From assembly GCA_963733675.1 (NCBI GenBank), contig CAVTET010000012.1:64001-128000 (forward strand): a stretch of 64,000 bases of DNA, in the 5' to 3' direction. This document shows positions 58,974 to 64,000 of this stretch, one piece after another. A program made the position numbers and the translations under genes. Each line of letters starts with the position of its first letter. The stretch's first letter is position 1. The DNA comes from an uncultured Methanosarcinaceae archaeon. Lineage in GTDB: Archaea > Halobacteriota > Methanosarcinia > Methanosarcinales > Methanosarcinaceae. The notes below the pieces were generated by a model, which was not told where the DNA came from, searched no databases, and saw only the letters and a list, made by a program, of their open reading frames with translations.

Positions 58974-59393
58974 TTTTCGTTCATTCTCTTTAAAGATTAA
59001 CATGCATTTTTGTTTTAAATTTTTTTTGGAATTTATGAAGTTATTACCTTTAAGAGTGTAAAAAGCATTAGTTTTTTCTTCATTTACTGACTACTTTTGA
59101 ATATTTCAGATTTTTAACAAAAGACCAGACTACCTATATCTGTTGCTATTAGTAAAAAAATTCGTCAAATAAGCCGATGGAATAGTATCACTTAGTGATA
59201 TATTTCCCATTATATCTATTACTAAGTTTTTTATAATTTTTACGCATTTTCAGATATTCTATAATCCAAAAAATAAAAGATATTAGGTTTCATATCAATT
59301 TTGCGTAATAAATTCCTTATAGAATTTAAGCAATCATCGATATCAAACTCATCTTTTGTATAATATTTATTTTTTCCAGTGCTCTAAAAATCT

Positions 59394-60278
59394 TTATTCT
59401 CCGTTATGGTCTTCAGTACCAACCTTTGATTTTTTCGAGTTAATTTCATTCGCTTTGTTTTGTGCATTTACTGCTTCATCATATCTCTTTAATTCATTTA
59501 GAGGATCTACTTTGTTGTTCCAAGCATCTGAATTCTGTGGGTTAATTTCAAGTGCTTTGTCATATGCTCTTAATGCTTCATCGTATTTATTTTGTTGAGA
59601 TAGAGCATCTCCTACATTGTTCCAAGCATTTTCATCTTTCGGGTTAATTTTAATTGCTTTATCATATGCTCTTAATGCTTCATCGAATTTATTTTGTTTA
59701 GATAGAGCATCTCCTTTATTATTCCAAGCATCCGAATTTTGAGGGTTAATTTCAGTTGCTTTGTCATAGGCTTTTATTGCTTCATCGTATCTATTTTGTT
59801 TAGCTAAAGCATCTCCTTTAATGTTCCAAGCATCTTCGTCTTGTGGGTCAATTTCAATTTCCGTGTCATTTGGCTTTAATGCTTCATTATTTTTATTTTG
59901 CTGAGATAGAGTATCTCCTCCATTGTTCCAAGCATTCTTGCTCTGCGAGTTAATTCCAATTACTTTGTCATATATTTCAATCGCTTTTTGATATGGTTTT
60001 AATGCTTTATCGTATTTATTTTGTTGTGAGAAAGCAGCTCCGTTAGTGTTCCAAATCATTGGATCCTGAGGGTTAATTGCAATTTCTGTTTCATATGGTT
60101 GAAATGCTTCATCGTATCTATTTTGTTGTGATAAAGCATCTCCGTTAGTGTTCCAAATCATTGGATCCTGCGCCGCGCCTGCGATTCTTACTAAAATCAA
60201 AAACACCAGCACAGCCATTCCTATAAATATTGTAAATGTGTGCTCTCTACTTGTTTCATGATATGTAGCTTTTCCCAT
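59394..60278 (-). CDS. Secreted/membrane-anchored TPR-repeat protein
   Basis: N-terminal hydrophobic segment, ~7 34-aa repeats (AWNNKGDAL..YDEA..AYDKA.EINP). Confidence 0.92.
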   Translation of the reverse strand: MGKATYHETSREHTFTIFIGMAVLVFLILVRIAGAAQDPMIWNTNGDALSQQNRYDEAFQPYETEIAINPQDPMIWNTNGAAFSQQNKYDKALKPYQKAIEIYDKVIGINSQSKNAWNNGGDTLSQQNKNNEALKPNDTEIEIDPQDEDAWNIKGDALAKQNRYDEAIKAYDKATEINPQNSDAWNNKGDALSKQNKFDEALRAYDKAIKINPKDENAWNNVGDALSQQNKYDEALRAYDKALEINPQNSDAWNNKVDPLNELKRYDEAVNAQNKANEINSKKSKVGTEDHNGE

Positions 60279-60976
60279 TTTTAGCCTCTAATGTTTGTTC
60301 AGATATTACAGCTGAAAAATAACTACAACTTGCTATATACTATAGAAGTTTTCAATAAACCACTAATTTTCACGAGTCAATTATAGACCCTTATAAATAT
60401 ATGATGAAAGTTAGGGGTTTATCAAAGTCTCTTACATTTATATATATATAATTATAAGACCTTTTGCATATTAATTTCTTAAACTCTGTATAACAGTTGC
60501 AACGAGCTCAGTACCTGGAGCCTATATTTATCTTCATCAAAAAGAACTATACTGAGGTGATCCACAAAAATTTAAACTATTATTCATACAAGCCGATCTT
60601 GTCGGCTATAATATCAAAGCAGCAACCGTTTCAATCAATGTAACGAAGATTTTAATCCTGATAGCAGAACCTGTGGATGTAGAATAACCTTGAAACCGAT
60701 CCGCAAGTTCAATCACTGAATTTATTAAAATTCCCAGTTGGAAATTTTGATATGTATATTTTGAAACCAATTTATTAAGCATTTTAGTCCCTTTTGTCGA
60801 GCGTAATTGGCTTTAAAATTTGAAACCATTATAAAATAAAAAAGCTTAAAATAAGAAAATTGGCGAGGAATTATCCGACATAAGTGATGTGATCGTGAAC
60901 ATGATTTTCATATGAGATTATAAGATATCATAAGAGTTTACACGCGATCAGATGAAAATTCACGATCAATAAGCTT

Positions 60977-62110
60977 TAGAGGATTCGAATTTACCTATAT
61001 TTTTTTTTCGTGAAATTCCTGTTTCAAATCTTTCCCACTAATTTATGTATTTAACCCCATTTTTCCTTATCCTGTTCATTATTATTTGATTTTAAAGATA
61101 GCTCCTGCTATCGTTAAAACACTCCTTTTATTTCCAATGTACTAAATTGATAGAGATTATAACAAAAAGTTGTACACAACATCATTAGATTCACCCTTTG
61201 AATAGTAGTGACAAAAATTTTCCTGCTTTAAATATTTTTAGAGTCACTGCATAAACTCTTTCTCTTATAACTCTTTTTGAACTTATCCTTTTGTTTCTTA
61301 ATATATTTCTTATTGCTAGAGGAGATCCTTTTACTGCTCTTTTCGTTGTTGCAGTATAACCTTTTGATTTTGCTCCAAAATATCCTCTGTACCTGTAAAC
61401 CACTTACTCTTTTTCTGATAAATTTACATACGGATCATGAAGTGATACAGTTGTCGTTTTGAATCTTCTGTCCAGCTCATAATTTCTGTCTGTTATGCTA
61501 TGATGCTTATAGCCAGAGTGGGAATTTCCACTATTTTTTAACCGTGTTCCATCTCTGCTTCTCCTTGTTCTTGCTTCACTTTCTCGAGGTTTATCCGTTT
61601 TTGCATGTTCAGAACCTGAATAGATAAAAATAGCCTATTAATTAGTCCCTTTTTAATCTCAAAACAAGGCAATCAAATTGCCTTTGCAACTGTCCCCATA
61701 TTTCTTCCTATAAAGTCTTAACAAATCTTTTTCTGAATGAACAAACTATAGTGCTTCTTTTATATATTCAAGAAAAAAATTCTCCAAAGAAAGTCAACCA
61801 ATTTATTGCTTTCCATGTTCAAAGCCGGAAAGATCATGCATTATTATAAAAAAATATTCTAAACATAACGATTTCATAGGCTTTAGGTCTACATAGTACT
61901 GTTTTGTTGAAATATATGACTCAAAATTTATAAGAAAAGATTTCTAATCAATTACTTAATAAATCTCTTCAATTTGGTCTCCAAAGACCGAAGACTTTTG
62001 TATTCTTCTTTAAGTGCAAAATCAGTAAAATTACCTATGAACAAAAATTAATATTGAGAAATTTGAACTAACAAATACTCATATGCATAGGGATTTATCG
62101 AAATTCTCTA
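60977..62110 (-). mobile_element. IS5-family element, heavily decayed
   Basis: GNFTDFALKEEY N-terminus, SHSGYKHH, HDPYV, YRYRGYFG, RISSKR..ERV fragments; degenerate TIRs. Confidence 0.8.
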
Positions 62111-62912
62111 TGGTATTTGCTGATAACGTCGTGATATAATCCAGAAATGACAATAGGATATAATTACTATTTAATTATAAATATTTTTTAGAATATTTTC
62201 TAAAAATGAGTCATGAAAAAGTAAATATCATTCGGGGAAAATGGTAATACTTAATTTATATATAATTTTTATTCCATGTTAAAAGATTCTATAGAAAAGA
62301 ATTTATTTTTGGGAACTATTTTTTTAGAAACAATTTTGAATGATAATTTTAAGATATATAGACCCAGCTAAGAAATATAATCTACAGAGATGCTCTAAAA
62401 TAAAAAAGTGTTAAATGTATATCATATGTATGATATTTCAAATATAAATTTTAGGAAGATATTAAAATTGAGGAATCAGGAATAAATTTGTACCAAGGAT
62501 TTTGGTAACATTAATCGTTATGATAATTATTCTCAATGATAATAACTTCAACGACATTTGCTGCTAATTCTAACGCAAATGGATAAGCAAAGATCAATCG
62601 AAGTATGGAATGCTTAAATTTATAATTGAATCCGAAACATTTAAATTTTAAATAAACTGTTTCTCCATTTCTCGTGACTGAATAATCCTAGCATGATCTT
62701 CAAAAAGTCAACCAGTTTTTGGTATCTACTGTTGGAATGACACTCTCTCAGCAAACACTGAAGAAATCACAATTTTGAATTAGTTGATTCGTGCTATTTA
62801 CATTGTTTGTTAATCGAATAAGGATATTTGCCATTAGATTATTTCCTTTAGAGGATAATTTTTGCCTATTTTAGGAAATCTTTATAAAATCCAGATATAG
62901 ATAATTGAATAC

Positions 62913-63740
62913 ATGACACAACAATTTGGGACACAGCAATTCACTCTTACCATCATATCAGGAAAAAATAGATTTAGGGAGCAGGAAGGATTTGACAGAA
63001 TAGAGATAAGACCAGGGGATACCTTATCAATAGTGGGTCCTACAGGCTCAGGAAAATCAGCACTTATTAATGATATTGAAACCCTTGCACAAGGAGATAC
63101 AGTAACAGGGAGATTTATTCTCATCAACGGGGAAGTTCCTCCAGAGTCCTTTGTACGGGAGCCGGCTTTCAAACCGATTGCCATGATAACCCAAAACACA
63201 CGTTGTTTGGCTGATCTCACAGTCGAAGCATTCCTATTAATGCATATAAGAGCGCGGAGACCTGGTAAGGAAGATTTGCTTGGTGAGACAATAAATCTTG
63301 CAAATACGTTCACTGGAGAAAAAATAGGTCTTAAGAGTCGAATGAGTGCTTTATCCGGAGGCCAAACTAGGTCTCTTATGATCGCAGATGCACTTATAAT
63401 CGGCGATACTCCAATACTTCTTCTCGATGAGATCGAAAATGCAGGCATCTTCAAAAACCGTGTTATGCAAGCTATTCAGGGAGGAAGTAAGGCCGTAGTT
63501 CTTGTAACACACGATCCATATCTCGCTCTTACAGCAGATAGGCGCATAGTGATGAGAAATGGAGGAGTTCACTCTGTGATCAAACCTACAGGACAGGAGC
63601 AAGATATTATAGAAGATCTTGCATTAATTGAAAGCAAGCTCAATCAAATAAGAGAAAAAATCAGACTGGGAACTGCTTTTTCTTCCAGTTCTTCGGAAGC
63701 TTTGATGATTGCAGTTGGACAGGGTGTGACTTCTAAATGA
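62913..63740 (+). CDS. ABC-type ATPase (stand-alone)
   Basis: GPTGSGKS, LSGGQ, LLLDE, VTHD. Confidence 0.92.
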   Translation: MTQQFGTQQFTLTIISGKNRFREQEGFDRIEIRPGDTLSIVGPTGSGKSALINDIETLAQGDTVTGRFILINGEVPPESFVREPAFKPIAMITQNTRCLADLTVEAFLLMHIRARRPGKEDLLGETINLANTFTGEKIGLKSRMSALSGGQTRSLMIADALIIGDTPILLLDEIENAGIFKNRVMQAIQGGSKAVVLVTHDPYLALTADRRIVMRNGGVHSVIKPTGQEQDIIEDLALIESKLNQIREKIRLGTAFSSSSSEALMIAVGQGVTSK

Positions 63741-64000
63741 AGCTCCTCATAATTGCAGGTCCTCCAAGTGGCGGAAAAACTGCTGTGATTCGCCAGATTA
63801 TAAAAAATCTTCCTGAAGATATACTTCCCTCCTTTCTGAAAATTGATGTTGTACATGCAACTGAAGATCAGGAACTTGCAGAAGAATTTTGTATTCCTGT
63901 TAAAAAGGTATATTCCGGAGATGTTTGTCCTGATCACATGGGAATTTTGGTTCTTGATGACGCATTGAACTGGGCTAAAAGCCTATCCAGAAATATTTTG
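63737..64000 (+). CDS. HypB/UreG-like GTPase, 5' part (runs off window)
   Basis: ATGA overlap with the ABC gene; AGPPSGGKT, FLKIDV, SGDVCPDH. Confidence 0.85.
   Translation, partial: MKLLIIAGPPSGGKTAVIRQIIKNLPEDILPSFLKIDVVHATEDQELAEEFCIPVKKVYSGDVCPDHMGILVLDDALNWAKSLSRNIL

Noticed and set aside
59480-60170. 102-bp tandem repeats as a non-coding array or DGR template
   Set aside because: Fully explained by TPR coding repeats; no reverse transcriptase in the window.

Overview
Chromosomal segment of a methanogenic archaeon, almost certainly Methanosarcina (inferred from gene content and order). Intact core blocks are gatA-gatB, purS-purQ, rpl7ae-rps28e-rpl24e-ndk-infB-rps6e, the atwA-mmp3-6-5-15-17-7 MCR-activation operon, a presenilin homolog, DGGGP synthase, an iscS-like/iscU/tusA/thiI sulfur locus and an ABC ATPase-GTPase pair. 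They are separated by AT-rich, heavily eroded regions with five IS6 copies, MITEs, IS5 and IS200/IS605 remnants and many pseudogenes. The most interesting region is 3.2-13.9 kb, which looks like tandem relics of a small satellite- or plasmid-like integrative element. Its parts are a conserved gene 3' end followed by a mirror-symmetric, helically phased repeat array (2 copies, origin-like), two paralogous ~80-nt sRNA genes with promoter and terminator, a small leaderless ORF (3 copies), a terminase-small-subunit-like gene convergent with a tyrosine integrase, and cargo (Cu/Zn-SOD, DHH phosphoesterase, DUF302). No tRNA, rRNA or CRISPR array was found. All family assignments are from motif recognition by eye; no database searches were run.
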